From an uncultured virus (IMG/VR IMGVR_UViG_3300042006_000071) (taxonomy: Duplodnaviria > Heunggongvirae > Uroviricota > Caudoviricetes): DNA of 20,000 nucleotides. Position numbers and translations under genes: made by a program. Position 1 is the first letter of the stretch. Every line of letters begins with the position of its first letter. The notes under the pieces were generated by a model. It searched no databases and was not told the DNA's origin. It was given only the letters and a program-made list of their open reading frames with translations. The stretch lies in the IMG/VR virus record IMGVR_UViG_3300042006_000071; one strand, written 5' to 3'. Positions 1 through 9,227 of the stretch are shown piece by piece.

Positions 1-1
1 G

Positions 2-247
2 GTCGGCGCGGTTGAAACTGTCCTCGCCCGCGAACGTGGCGAAGTCGTTGCGCGGCGCTTCGATGATGGCGAGGCATGGCGGGTGCGTGCTCACGTCGGC
101 ACCCAGGAGCGAGCGGTTGACGTACACCTTGCCGGTCATGTCCCACAGATCGCCGTCCGCGACGCAGATGGATTCGAGCAGCGCTTGCAGCTTGAGCAGG
201 ACGGCGAGGCGCTTCGGCGGCTCGCGGTTGATCGTGTTTGGGGTCAT
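2..247 (-). CDS. Partial CDS (runs off window), probable tail terminator / tail completion protein
   Basis: Not in the ORF track. ATG at 247 overlaps the TGA of the upstream gene (ATGA). The frame MTPNTINREPPKRLAVLLKLQALLESICVADGDLWDMTGKVYVNRSLLG... is open to the window edge. Function inferred only from position after the gpZ-like gene. Confidence 0.7.
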   Translation of the reverse strand, partial: MTPNTINREPPKRLAVLLKLQALLESICVADGDLWDMTGKVYVNRSLLGADVSTHPPCLAIIEAPRNDFATFAGEDSFNRAD

Positions 248-831
248 AGTGTGAACCTTGCGAATTGACGGAGGAATTCAGCGTTGACGAGCGATGCGAT
301 CTGCGGCGCGTCGTCGGCGCTGACATGACGGAAGACCTGATCGACGGACGGCCCGTACAGCAGCGCGACGCGGCCCGGCACCAGCCACGCCGGTTCGCCG
401 TATCGGTTGTCCAGCGTCTCGCCCGGCTTCAGGGCCAGGGCCAAACCGACGTTGCCGTTGTTCAGGCGCGTGAGCCATGCCCACTTGCCGAACGTCGTGC
501 CTGCCGACTTCTTCGACACGCGCACGCGCAGGCCGATGCGCGCACGAGAGCCAAGCGGTGTGCCGGGTGCGACGAATCGAGCGAGTGAGGTGGGGCGCGG
601 GCGCGCGCTGATCGTGGCCTCAAGGCTCTGTGGATTGGCCTTGCGCCGCACGCCCAGGCGGTCGTCGTTCAGGTAGTCTTTGGGGAACGCGATGTCATCC
701 AGAATCGAGCGCCGCAGCAGCGTCATGCCACTGCGGGTCGCCACGGTATTGATCGCTAGTGATGCCGCCTTGTCGGTGACACCGGGGATGTTTTGAATGC
801 CAGCGATAGCATCAAGCAGTGAGATCGCCAC
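244..831 (-). CDS. Tail completion / neck protein (lambda gpZ-like position)
   Basis: 195 aa Arg-rich ORF with C-terminal LYGPSVDQVF motif typical of gpZ-like minor tail proteins. Sits after the head-closure gene. Confidence 0.65.
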   Translation of the reverse strand: MAISLLDAIAGIQNIPGVTDKAASLAINTVATRSGMTLLRRSILDDIAFPKDYLNDDRLGVRRKANPQSLEATISARPRPTSLARFVAPGTPLGSRARIGLRVRVSKKSAGTTFGKWAWLTRLNNGNVGLALALKPGETLDNRYGEPAWLVPGRVALLYGPSVDQVFRHVSADDAPQIASLVNAEFLRQFARFTL

Positions 832-1192
832 GTTGAAGTTTCCCTACTTTCCAGGCTTGTTCGACAGGGCCGACGTTATCCACGTCCTCCGTATCGACGG
901 CCAGATAGCCCTCGAAGCCCTCGGCGGTAACTTGCACCCGGCCACCACGGACAATCGTGATGCCCTTCAGCGCCAGTTCCTCTTTGTCGAAAATCACCTT
1001 CTCGACGAGATCGAGATACATGGGGTAGCCCGCGTTCTCGATGTCGCCGATAGGTGCCTGTTTGTAGTGCCAACGAATGCGCAGTGCTTGCGGTGCCGCC
1101 ATCGACTTGTCGAAGTAGAGGGCGTTGATGGACAGCGTGTCATGCACGACACGCCGCATCTTGGCTTTGGCTTCTGCGAACTCGAACGGCAT
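812..1192 (-). CDS. Head-tail joining / head closure protein (gpFII-like)
   Basis: 126 aa beta-rich ORF, second gene downstream of the capsid gene as in lambda E-FI-FII-Z-U order. Confidence 0.6.
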   Translation of the reverse strand: MPFEFAEAKAKMRRVVHDTLSINALYFDKSMAAPQALRIRWHYKQAPIGDIENAGYPMYLDLVEKVIFDKEELALKGITIVRGGRVQVTAEGFEGYLAVDTEDVDNVGPVEQAWKVGKLQRGDLTA

Positions 1193-1197
1193 GGCGA

Positions 1198-1485
1198 TTA
1201 CAATTCGTCGCCAGCGCCGCCGTTGCCGCCGTTGCCGCCGTTGCCGTTGCCCTTGTCTTCGGGCTTGGCTTCAGCTTTACCCTTCGGTGCAGCGGGGGTC
1301 TTGGCCTGCGGTGCGTCTTCAACTTCGTTGATCGGCTTGCGCAGTGCGCCAGGATTCACTTCGAGGATCGAGTCGATTTCGTCCTGAGTGAACTCGAATT
1401 TTTCACCGGCCTTGACGGCGATGCGCTGGCCCTTGCGCATCAGAATGATCTTGCCGGTTGCGATACGCAGTTTGGTTGCTGCCAT
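1198..1485 (-). CDS. Small protein downstream of capsid gene (gpFI-like position), low-complexity C-terminal half
   Basis: Start moved to ATG 1485 (AAGGAGAGCAACATG RBS). 95 aa MAATKLRIA...GNGGNGGAGDEL. Function by synteny only. Confidence 0.7.
   Translation of the reverse strand: MAATKLRIATGKIILMRKGQRIAVKAGEKFEFTQDEIDSILEVNPGALRKPINEVEDAPQAKTPAAPKGKAEAKPEDKGNGNGGNGGNGGAGDEL
1216..1248. repeat. 9-bp tandem repeat (GCCGCCGTT x3 plus partial) encoding a Gly/Asn linker
   Basis: Directly visible. Translates on the minus strand as NGNGGNGGNGG. Confidence 0.85.
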
Positions 1486-1510
1486 GTTGCTCTCCTTGGG
1501 GATGTCGGGT

Positions 1511-1539
1511 AAGTGAACTGGCCGGGACAAGCCCGGCCA
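1511..1539 (-). terminator. Stem-loop after the major capsid gene; weak terminator or mRNA stabiliser
   Basis: Minus strand TGGCCGGG-CTTGT-CCCGGCCA (perfect 8-bp stem) followed by GTTCACTT, a poor U-tract. Confidence 0.55.
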
Positions 1540-1558
1540 TTGCGTTTGCCTTTAAGAC

Positions 1559-2623
1559 TCAGGCAACCTTCATGCTGTAGGTGGCATTCGGGTCGCGCGG
1601 AACCATCAGCGGTGCCGATTGGGTCAGCAGGTATTCCTGCGACGGATCAGGGATGATCCAGTTCTTGAAGTGGAACTCCATCGGCAGGAAGCCCGCGTCG
1701 ATGTCCTTGATCGCGCCGAAGCAGCGGGTGCCGCCCATCGCGTCAGGGGCCACGCCGCAGACGGTGTTCTGGTCGAGGTAGAACTCTTCCAGGCCGGTTT
1801 CGGGGTTGATGAAGCGAGTGGTGTCCACCCAGCAGTCAATCGCACCCTGGCCGTTCACGCCAGCGAGGCGACCCATGTACTCGATGGAGTCAGGGTAGCC
1901 ATCGGTCAGCGCGTTCAGGCGGGTGACGCCGGACTGTTGCAGGCCCAGGTAGCGGGTATCCAGAATGTCCTTCAGATCGACACGCTGGGTGAACAGTTCC
2001 CAGGCGTTCGCGCCGAAGATAACGGTCTTGATGCGAGCGCCGGACTGGCCGTTCGCTTCGATACGCGCATCCTTCAGGTCGTCCAGTGGCTTCGCGGTGG
2101 CCTGATCCCACTTGGCCGCGCCGGTCAGGGTGATGGTCAGGTTGGCGTGACGGCGGAAGTCCACCAGCGTTTCCGGGTAGTCTTCACCGCTGATGGTGAC
2201 TTTACCGTCGATGGTCGCGCGTGCAGCCAGCCAGTTGAAGGTGTTTTGCAGCTTCTCCTTCTGCTGTTGCAGCAGGTACGCCTTGACCGCATCGCGGCGC
2301 TGTGCGATGGACAGGGAGCCGCCCAGCGATTCACCGGCTTGACGATCCATGTGCATCGTGTAGTCCACGATGTCCTTCTGCTTCGAGTAGGCCGGTTTGA
2401 AACGGTCAGTCTCGAAGCCTGCCAGCTTGCCAGGACGACCGGCGACGTTAGGCACGACGAACGGTGCCAGCGCGCGGTGATCTTCGTACACGCGGTCGAA
2501 CATGATGTAATCCTGCTCGAAGTTGATCTGGCGCTTGTAGAACTCGTTCAGCCAGAAGCGTGGCGCGGTTTTGATGCGGCGCTGGATGCCTGCCAGCGTA
2601 ACGAGGTCGAAAATGTCAGCCAT
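1559..2623 (-). CDS. Major capsid protein, lambda gpE family
   Basis: 354 aa with LAPFVVP, FKPAYSKQK and C-terminal DPSQEYLLTQSAPLMVP motifs of the phage major capsid E family. Strong RBS CAGGAGA. Confidence 0.95.
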   Translation of the reverse strand: MADIFDLVTLAGIQRRIKTAPRFWLNEFYKRQINFEQDYIMFDRVYEDHRALAPFVVPNVAGRPGKLAGFETDRFKPAYSKQKDIVDYTMHMDRQAGESLGGSLSIAQRRDAVKAYLLQQQKEKLQNTFNWLAARATIDGKVTISGEDYPETLVDFRRHANLTITLTGAAKWDQATAKPLDDLKDARIEANGQSGARIKTVIFGANAWELFTQRVDLKDILDTRYLGLQQSGVTRLNALTDGYPDSIEYMGRLAGVNGQGAIDCWVDTTRFINPETGLEEFYLDQNTVCGVAPDAMGGTRCFGAIKDIDAGFLPMEFHFKNWIIPDPSQEYLLTQSAPLMVPRDPNATYSMKVA

Positions 2624-2670
2624 GATTGCTGTTCTCCTGTTTCAGTTTAAGGTTGTTGATGGCCGACCGA

Positions 2671-3060
2671 TTAGATCAGGTGGCCCACACGCAGGCCCAT
2701 CGAGCCTTGCAGGCCGGTCTTGCGTTCTTCGTAGGTGTTCCACGCTGCCGGGAAGTTGACGGCCTCGTGGTTGAACTTACCGGAATCCCAGTAAGGCACT
2801 GCTTGGCCGATGGCGTCGATTTGCACGGCGGTGATGACGGCCTGCTTCGGATCGTGGGTGGCCGGGTCGAAGGCGACGACGGTGTTGTCGGCCAGGAGCG
2901 CAGCGAGCGAGTAGATCGGCAGGGTTGCTACTGCCGACACGCCAGCGTCGGTGATGACCGGAGTGCCGCCGATCCACAGTTGGAACGGTTGGCGCGAACC
3001 CAGGGCTTCATAGCCAGCCAGGTCTTTCTTCGGGTCGATTGGGGTTTTGTCTGCTGCCAT
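2671..3060 (-). CDS. Head decoration protein, lambda gpD-like
   Basis: 129 aa between protease and capsid, with YWDSGKFNHEAVNFP motif resembling gpD family. RBS AAGGAGAG. Confidence 0.85.
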   Translation of the reverse strand: MAADKTPIDPKKDLAGYEALGSRQPFQLWIGGTPVITDAGVSAVATLPIYSLAALLADNTVVAFDPATHDPKQAVITAVQIDAIGQAVPYWDSGKFNHEAVNFPAAWNTYEERKTGLQGSMGLRVGHLI

Positions 3061-3094
3061 GATGATGCTCTCCTTGGTTTAGGCTGCGGTTGGA

Positions 3095-3553
3095 TTACTT
3101 GCGGAAGTCCATGCCGGTCGCCATTGCCAGGGAACCCAGCACTGCCGACACGCGGTCTTGCGTAGCGTTTTCGTTTGCTGCTGCGTCGGCACCAACGCCA
3201 GCGCCGCCGTTCTCGGCCATCGCCTTGGCGAACTGATTCGGCTTCTGTTCTTCAGCCTTGTCTTTGCCGGTGTTGTCGCCGCCTTCAGCCTTGTCGCCGT
3301 CTTTACCGGCAGTGGCCTTGTCGGCTTCCTTGCCGGTCGGTGCGGCGGCAGCAGGCGCTTCCGGCGCAGCGGCCAGCAGCATCGCTTGTGCGTCGGCCAG
3401 CGACAGGCTGGTGTTCAGTGCGAGGTGGTTTGCCAGGGCCGACTTGCCCTTGGCTTCTTCGCACGACAGGATCGACTTCACGCGCTCGCGTTCCGCCTTC
3501 TGTGCTGCGGCCTGATCGACCGTGCCGCCGCCTGCTGCTTCTGGTTTGTCCAT
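3095..3553 (-). CDS. Nested in-frame capsid scaffolding protein (lambda Nu3-like), 152 aa
   Basis: In-frame ATG at 3553 (codon 310 of the protease) preceded by AAGGAG-CAAAGC-ATG. Sequence AERERVKSILSCEEAKGKSALANHLA resembles Nu3. Confidence 0.75.
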   Translation of the reverse strand: MDKPEAAGGGTVDQAAAQKAERERVKSILSCEEAKGKSALANHLALNTSLSLADAQAMLLAAAPEAPAAAAPTGKEADKATAGKDGDKAEGGDNTGKDKAEEQKPNQFAKAMAENGGAGVGADAAANENATQDRVSAVLGSLAMATGMDFRK

Positions 3554-4480
3554 GCTTTGCTCCTTGGTAGTTTCAGTAGTGTTTGCCGCGCCTTGAGCAG
3601 ATGCGCTTTCGGTGTCGGCGTCGATAAGTGATTGCAGCGCCACGGTAGGTTCCGCAATCGCATGAATCAAGCCGATGGCGAGTGCGTCATCGGCCCGATA
3701 CGTGCGGGCCTCGGTATCATAGACAACTTTCGAGTCCAGGCCCATGTTTTCAGAGACGACCTTCACAAACTTGGCGCGGGACTTGTCCACGCCCGCCTGG
3801 ATGTCAGCCTTCACTTCTTTCGGCAGCGGCTCATACGGATTGCCATCGACCTTGTGATCGCCGCTGTGGATGAAGGTGACTGTGACGCCGAAATCCTTCA
3901 TCGCTTTGCTGAAGTCCACATGCATCGCCACCACGCCAATGGAGCCGACGCCAGCGCTCGGAATGGCGATGATCTTGTCGGCTGCGGAGGCCAGGGCGTA
4001 GGACGCGCTGTAGCAATTCGAGTCCACCACCGCGACGATCTTTTTGCCCTTGCCGCGAGTGGCCGCGATGCGCGCCGACTGCTCGAAGCAACCGGCAGCT
4101 TCGCCGCCGAACGAGTTGTGGTCGTGGATGATGGTGTGAACGTCGTCGTCCGCCATCGCGGCCATGTGCTGCGCGTTGATGAAGTTGTAGCCGGTGACGT
4201 AGCCGTAGCTGGAACCGAAGCGGTTCAGCAGCGTGCCGTGGACGGGGATGATGGCGAAGCCTTCAGCGAACGCGAACGGCTTGCTCTGCTCGCGGCGGCT
4301 GAAACCATACGCCTCGCACAGTTCATGGCGACGGGCTTCGAGCCGCTGCTGCTCGACTTCCGGGTTCGCCATCATCATCGCGTGCAGGTCGGCCTGCATC
4401 ATGGCCTGGGCGTGGTGCGCGACAAACTGCTCGCGCAGGTTCATGCGGTTGAGAGCGCTGCGCGCTACGTGCTCGCTCAT
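3095..4480 (-). CDS. Prohead protease, peptidase S49 (lambda gpC-like), with C-terminal scaffold region
   Basis: IPVHGTL, HNSFGG, CYSASYALASAAD, VGSIGVV and SGDHKVDGNPYEPL motifs of S49 Ser-Lys proteases. Ala/Lys/Glu-rich C-terminal third. RBS GGAGGT. Confidence 0.93.
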   Translation of the reverse strand: MSEHVARSALNRMNLREQFVAHHAQAMMQADLHAMMMANPEVEQQRLEARRHELCEAYGFSRREQSKPFAFAEGFAIIPVHGTLLNRFGSSYGYVTGYNFINAQHMAAMADDDVHTIIHDHNSFGGEAAGCFEQSARIAATRGKGKKIVAVVDSNCYSASYALASAADKIIAIPSAGVGSIGVVAMHVDFSKAMKDFGVTVTFIHSGDHKVDGNPYEPLPKEVKADIQAGVDKSRAKFVKVVSENMGLDSKVVYDTEARTYRADDALAIGLIHAIAEPTVALQSLIDADTESASAQGAANTTETTKEQSMDKPEAAGGGTVDQAAAQKAERERVKSILSCEEAKGKSALANHLALNTSLSLADAQAMLLAAAPEAPAAAAPTGKEADKATAGKDGDKAEGGDNTGKDKAEEQKPNQFAKAMAENGGAGVGADAAANENATQDRVSAVLGSLAMATGMDFRK

Positions 4481-6174
4481 TTCGTACCTCCTTGTTTTTT
4501 CGGTTGAGATTTCTTGTCCTGCGAGTTGCGACCGTTCGACTGGTTTTCATTCGCATCCTGTTCATCCGGGTCGCCGTCGTCTTGCGAGCCTTGCGCGGCA
4601 CCGCCGCCTTTACCGCCCGACAGATCAAAGGTCAGGCCCAGTTCTTCCTGCATGCGCACTTCACGCGCACGCTGACGCCACACCTTGCGGATGTCCTTGC
4701 CCAGCAGCGCCGCTTCTTCCTGCCACGTCGAGAGGCCACCGGCGATGCGCATCAGCGCCGCCTGGGTTTCCTTCGTCTCGTCGATCTGGCCGCGTGCCGC
4801 ACCGATCCACTCGCAGGAGCACAACGCCTCGCGCATGTACGGATCGTAGAAGTTGAAGTTTGGCGGCAGAGGGATCACGCTGTCGTCGCGGTTGATCTCT
4901 TCTTCCAGCCACATGATGTACATCATCGTGGCGTACTTGTCGGCCACGGTCTTCTTCCGACCCTGCATGAACTTCCACGTCTCGGCCATCGAGGCGCGCG
5001 CCGACGAGTAGTTGGTCTTCGTGTAGTCCTTGCTGAACTGCTCGTAGGACAGGCCCAGCGGCGATGCGATGTGGCGCAGCAGGGACTCTTCAAAGTCCGT
5101 GCCGACACCGCCCGGCGTGCCAGCGTTTTGCAGGTTCAGCTTCGTGCCGGGGAACAGGTGCGGCATCTTCACGCCATCCACGGCGATCTTGTCGCTGGCG
5201 TTGACGTAGTTGGTCAGCGCCGTCATGTACTCGCCAAGCATGTTCGCAAAGCCAGGACCACCGGCACCCATGCTTTGGAAAATCGCTTCGGTCGGCAGTT
5301 CGGATTCGATGGCCGCAGCGTAAGTCGCATTGACCACGGCGTTTTGCAGAACGATGTCGTTGAACTTCTTCGTCATCTTCATCTGCTTCAGCACCGACAC
5401 CATGTCGGAGACGCCGCGAGTCTGGTCAGGCTGCATCGTCTCCTTGATGTGGATGACCATGCGACGGCCCCATTTCGTGAACGCTGGCACGCGCTTCCAC
5501 TGTGGCAGCAGGCCCATCAGCAGGTAGTCGCCGGGGTATGCAGTGCGGATGTAATAGGCCAGCGAGCGACCGTACATATCGCGCTCGATACCGGCGCGCA
5601 GATCGGGTGTGTCCAAGGTGCCGTCAGGGTTCGACAGGCGGGTCGGCGAGAGGCTTTGGAACGCGGTGTTGAACGGGCGACCGCGCTGCTTGTCCAGCCA
5701 CTCGCCGGTTGCCAGAATCTCGCCGGTATAGCCGAAGCCGACGACGCCGAGGCGGATGATGTCGGTGAAGGTCATCTGGCCTGCCGCGTCGAACCAGTTC
5801 TCGGTGGACTTCGCCATCAGGTTGAAGCGCGACTCGACGACGAGTGCGAACTGGTCGGCCCACTCTTCAGTCGCACCCAGCGCCTCCCAGTCCGGCGTGC
5901 AGATCAGGTTGAACTGCGAGCCGACGATGGAGTCACGGTGGATGTGCATCGCGCCGGTCATGTAGCCGTCGTTCTGCACGGAGTCACGACCGCGTGCGTC
6001 CATCAGGTCTTTGTTGCGGTTGATCTGCATGTCGGGCGATTGGATCGCCGGACGCCAGGAGGCCATTTCACGCGACCAGCGAGCAGCACCTTCAATGCCG
6101 CCCATTGCGTTTTCAGTGACAGGGGCCAGGGCTGTCGATTCGGAGACAGATACCGTTGGATGTCGTTTGCCCAT
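4477..6174 (-). CDS. Portal protein, lambda gpB family
   Basis: 565 aa with DQTRGVS, GLSYEQFSKDYTKTNYSSARAS and GQIDETKETQA motifs of lambda-family portals. Confidence 0.95.
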   Translation of the reverse strand: MGKRHPTVSVSESTALAPVTENAMGGIEGAARWSREMASWRPAIQSPDMQINRNKDLMDARGRDSVQNDGYMTGAMHIHRDSIVGSQFNLICTPDWEALGATEEWADQFALVVESRFNLMAKSTENWFDAAGQMTFTDIIRLGVVGFGYTGEILATGEWLDKQRGRPFNTAFQSLSPTRLSNPDGTLDTPDLRAGIERDMYGRSLAYYIRTAYPGDYLLMGLLPQWKRVPAFTKWGRRMVIHIKETMQPDQTRGVSDMVSVLKQMKMTKKFNDIVLQNAVVNATYAAAIESELPTEAIFQSMGAGGPGFANMLGEYMTALTNYVNASDKIAVDGVKMPHLFPGTKLNLQNAGTPGGVGTDFEESLLRHIASPLGLSYEQFSKDYTKTNYSSARASMAETWKFMQGRKKTVADKYATMMYIMWLEEEINRDDSVIPLPPNFNFYDPYMREALCSCEWIGAARGQIDETKETQAALMRIAGGLSTWQEEAALLGKDIRKVWRQRAREVRMQEELGLTFDLSGGKGGGAAQGSQDDGDPDEQDANENQSNGRNSQDKKSQPKKQGGTK

Positions 6175-6180
6175 GATCGC

Positions 6181-6429
6181 TTAGAAGTAGAAGGTTGCAG
6201 GGGACTTCGGCAGCGACGCGAACGGCGAGCCGATGCCGAGTGCCGATTGCAGCGAGGCGATGTAGTTGTACAGGTCGGTCTTGCGGGCGGCGGTGAACTC
6301 CACGCGCTCGCCGTTCTGATCGACCACCACGCGGGCCGACTGGCCGGTCACAAGCTGGTGGTACGCCTTCTGTGCTTCGGTCAGGCGGGCCTGATAAAGC
6401 ACGGTTTCTGCTGGTGTCAGTGTCATCAT
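6181..6429 (-). CDS. Head-to-tail joining protein gpW
   Basis: Start moved to ATG 6429 (GAGAGGAAACCATG). LTEAQKAYHQLVTGQSARVVVDQNGERVEFTAA is a classic gpW motif. Lies between terL and portal. Confidence 0.9.
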   Translation of the reverse strand: MMTLTPAETVLYQARLTEAQKAYHQLVTGQSARVVVDQNGERVEFTAARKTDLYNYIASLQSALGIGSPFASLPKSPATFYF

Positions 6430-6439
6430 GGTTTCCTCT

Positions 6440-8515
6440 CTATGCAAGCGCCTGGGCCATCCCGGCAAAATCGTAGCCGGATTTTACTTTAGTTTCATGG
6501 GCGTTCTGCCCTTGCGGAACTCGCACGAAGTCGTTGGTGTCCCACTCGCTCGCCCAGGATGGTGGGTTCGACCAGTCGATTGCCTCCACCCGGACATACG
6601 CGCTGACCGCGAGGCCGATGGCGTAGTAGGACAAGTCCCAGGCTTCGTTACGTGCGGTGCCGGTGCGCTCCCAGCCCTTATCGGTTCGCACCTCGGAACA
6701 CAATTCGTTGTAGTAGTCGATAGGGAGCCAGTCGGGGAATCGGTACATGCCCTTGCCCGGCTCGATGCAGTCCAGGCGACCGTCGAGGTCATCCTTGATG
6801 ATGTTCGAGTTCAGCATCAGCACCGGCACGTCGCCGCGCGCCGCCGACTTGCTGTCCTTGCGGCCGGAATCGGGGAACGACACGCGAGCGCGCGGCTGGC
6901 CGGGCTTGCCCTCGCCCTTCAGCAGCACGAAGCGCTGGTGTTTGCCCTGCGTGACCAGCCAGCGCCAGAAGTCGTAGGCGCGGGACGTGACGCCCTCTTT
7001 GCCGCCGCTGTCACACCCGGTGATCTTGATTGCCATCATGCGACCGGAGCCATCGTCCAATTCATACTCGCGCTCCATCACCTGCTCGACGATCAGCTTC
7101 CAGTCTTCGAGATAGGCGTGCGGGCGCACCGGCAGCGGATCGCCGTCGTCGTCCCTGCGCTTCGACTTGACGATGTGGAAGCGGTCGATCATCACCATGT
7201 CGAACGGCTGGCCCGGCAGGATGCCATTCACCTGCACCGCGAAGCCGCCCTTCTGCACGTCGATCAGCGCCTCAAGGAATCGAACGCCGACAGGCACCTT
7301 CTTCTCGGCCAGCGGCTCGGCGCGCGCCTTGATCGCTTCAGGCAGGCGAATCTCCATCGACGCTTTGGACAGGTACGGCTCGCCCAGGTCGTTGTTGTAG
7401 AACTTCTTCAGCGCGTCTTCGGAGCCGGTGCGCTCGTAGCTGTCCTCGGCGTCGAGGTACATCACCAGAAGCTCTTTCCAGTTCACGAACGATGCTGCCA
7501 CGCCGCGCAGCCAGAACGACGCGATCTTCGAGCGCAGCGCCTTGCCGAACTTCTTGCCGAAGCGGTTGATCGACTCGCCATCGCGCACCCACAAGCCCCA
7601 CAGGTTCATTTCGTAGCGCTCGTCCTGATGGATCGGGAAGTCGCAGGCCGGGCAGTGCATGCGCACCGTCTCGGCCACGTCGAGGTTGGACATACCCTCC
7701 TTCTTGTCCCATTGCAGATGCGTGAACTTGCCCTCGAAGTAGTGATCGCAGTGCGGGCAGGGCCAGTACCAACGGCGGCGATCCCCACGGTTGTAGAGGC
7801 CGATGATCCCGTTGCACGGCGGCGCTTCGTGCGCCGTCTTCGGAATCCACTTCATGTCGATCACTTCGCGCGACGGCGAGGACTCGGCCACGGTCATCGC
7901 GTTGGACTTGTAGGTCGTGGTTCGCTTCGCCGACAAGTCGAATGGCTCACCGTCGCCGCCGATGTCATCTTCCATGCGGTCACGGTCGGTCAGGATCACG
8001 CGCCCGATTGGCTTACCGGCCAGTTCGGTCGGCGTCGGCCAGGACAGCGACAGGATCATCCCGTTGCGGTACTGCTTGTCGAACGTGTTGTCGTTCGCGG
8101 AGCCGGGCATCATCAGCTTGCCGACTTGATCGCTGTAGGTGTTGAGGCGATCCACACGGCGCATGGAGAAGTCACGCGCTGCGGTGTTGGTCGGGCAGAC
8201 GATCATCATGTCCATCGGGTCGATGATGACGGAGTAGAGGATCGTGTTGATAATCAGCGAGTCGGTCTTGCCGCACTGCGCCGGGCCGACGAACACCATG
8301 CCGGTGTACTCGGTGGACGCGAACACGTCCATCGGCTCGCGCATGTACGGCACCTTTGAATTGAGCCAGGGGCCGACATAAGCGCCTGGGCTGTTCACGT
8401 AGCGGTACTTCGCCGCCGCGTCCGACACGCTCATGCGCTCCGGGGGTCGCAGCATTTCGGCACAGTCGAACACCAGCGCGTGAATGGCGTCGAACTCTTT
8501 CACATCAAAGTTCAT
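6440..8515 (-). CDS. terL: Terminase large subunit, lambda gpA family (5'-cos type)
   Basis: Walker A GPAQCGKT, PYMREPMD, ESSP, GDRRRWYWPCPHC...CPAC zinc ribbon, IDVQ, DSGG and RNEAWDL nuclease motifs. Likely start ATG 8515 (MNFDV) after GGAGG, overlapping the terS stop. Confidence 0.95.
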   Translation of the reverse strand: MNFDVKEFDAIHALVFDCAEMLRPPERMSVSDAAAKYRYVNSPGAYVGPWLNSKVPYMREPMDVFASTEYTGMVFVGPAQCGKTDSLIINTILYSVIIDPMDMMIVCPTNTAARDFSMRRVDRLNTYSDQVGKLMMPGSANDNTFDKQYRNGMILSLSWPTPTELAGKPIGRVILTDRDRMEDDIGGDGEPFDLSAKRTTTYKSNAMTVAESSPSREVIDMKWIPKTAHEAPPCNGIIGLYNRGDRRRWYWPCPHCDHYFEGKFTHLQWDKKEGMSNLDVAETVRMHCPACDFPIHQDERYEMNLWGLWVRDGESINRFGKKFGKALRSKIASFWLRGVAASFVNWKELLVMYLDAEDSYERTGSEDALKKFYNNDLGEPYLSKASMEIRLPEAIKARAEPLAEKKVPVGVRFLEALIDVQKGGFAVQVNGILPGQPFDMVMIDRFHIVKSKRRDDDGDPLPVRPHAYLEDWKLIVEQVMEREYELDDGSGRMMAIKITGCDSGGKEGVTSRAYDFWRWLVTQGKHQRFVLLKGEGKPGQPRARVSFPDSGRKDSKSAARGDVPVLMLNSNIIKDDLDGRLDCIEPGKGMYRFPDWLPIDYYNELCSEVRTDKGWERTGTARNEAWDLSYYAIGLAVSAYVRVEAIDWSNPPSWASEWDTNDFVRVPQGQNAHETKVKSGYDFAGMAQALA

Positions 8516-9227
8516 CTTCTTCTTCCTCCCGCAGTGCTTCACGCAGCACGCGCAGTACGATCTTCGGATTCAACTCGGCCAGTTCGACCATCGCATCGAA
8601 CGCTTCGTCGTCAACTTGCAGCAGCACGTGCAGCTTCTCCGACATGCTGCGCGCGGCTTCACCCACCGGCATCGGATTGTCCTGGCGATCCCTCTTCGGC
8701 TTGAACTGCTCGCGCACAGAGGCATACATCTGTTCCAGCATGGAGTCGCCCAACTGCTTCACGATGCGGCGCTGCGTGTCGGTCAGTTCGGCCTGCTGCT
8801 CCACGCCGTCGCACATCAGGCGCACGGACATCTTCATCAGCTTCGCCAGCGCGCCGAAGACGCTGACCACGCGGTCGGTCGGCCACAAGTCGCCGTAGCG
8901 TTCCTCGACCTCCTGGCGCGTCTTCAGCGCGGCCCAAAACTCCTTCGACAAATGCTTCGGAAGGTCGTTGTGGTGCATGCGCTTCAGGTACGTCTCGATG
9001 TCGCCGACCGGCTTCACCAGATGCGGAGCGGCCACGTCCAGCCGCCATGTCTCGGTGCCGTTTCGTTCGCCGGTCGCCGGGACGCCGTGCAGCTTCTCGA
9101 CCAGTACCCGGTGATCCATTCGGAATGCAATGCTCAACTGGGACAGGTTCAAGCCGTCATAGAGCATTTCGCGGGATTCGTCGTCCAGGCTCGATACCCG
9201 GCGACGTGTGGTGTGTTGTGAGGCCAT
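8505..9227 (-). CDS. terS: Terminase small subunit (Nu1/DUF1441-like) with C-terminal extension
   Basis: Immediately upstream of terL. N-terminal wHTH-like segment (LNLSQLSIAFRMDHRVLVEKL) and LPKHLSKEFW...GDLW motif. TAATG coupling with the upstream gene. Confidence 0.85.
   Translation of the reverse strand: MASQHTTRRRVSSLDDESREMLYDGLNLSQLSIAFRMDHRVLVEKLHGVPATGERNGTETWRLDVAAPHLVKPVGDIETYLKRMHHNDLPKHLSKEFWAALKTRQEVEERYGDLWPTDRVVSVFGALAKLMKMSVRLMCDGVEQQAELTDTQRRIVKQLGDSMLEQMYASVREQFKPKRDRQDNPMPVGEAARSMSEKLHVLLQVDDEAFDAMVELAELNPKIVLRVLREALREEEEDEL

Noticed and set aside
1198..1209. DEL termini as eukaryotic KDEL/HDEL ER-retention signals
   Set aside because: This is a bacteriophage and the proteins lack signal peptides. 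The residue before DEL is G, E or Y rather than K or H.
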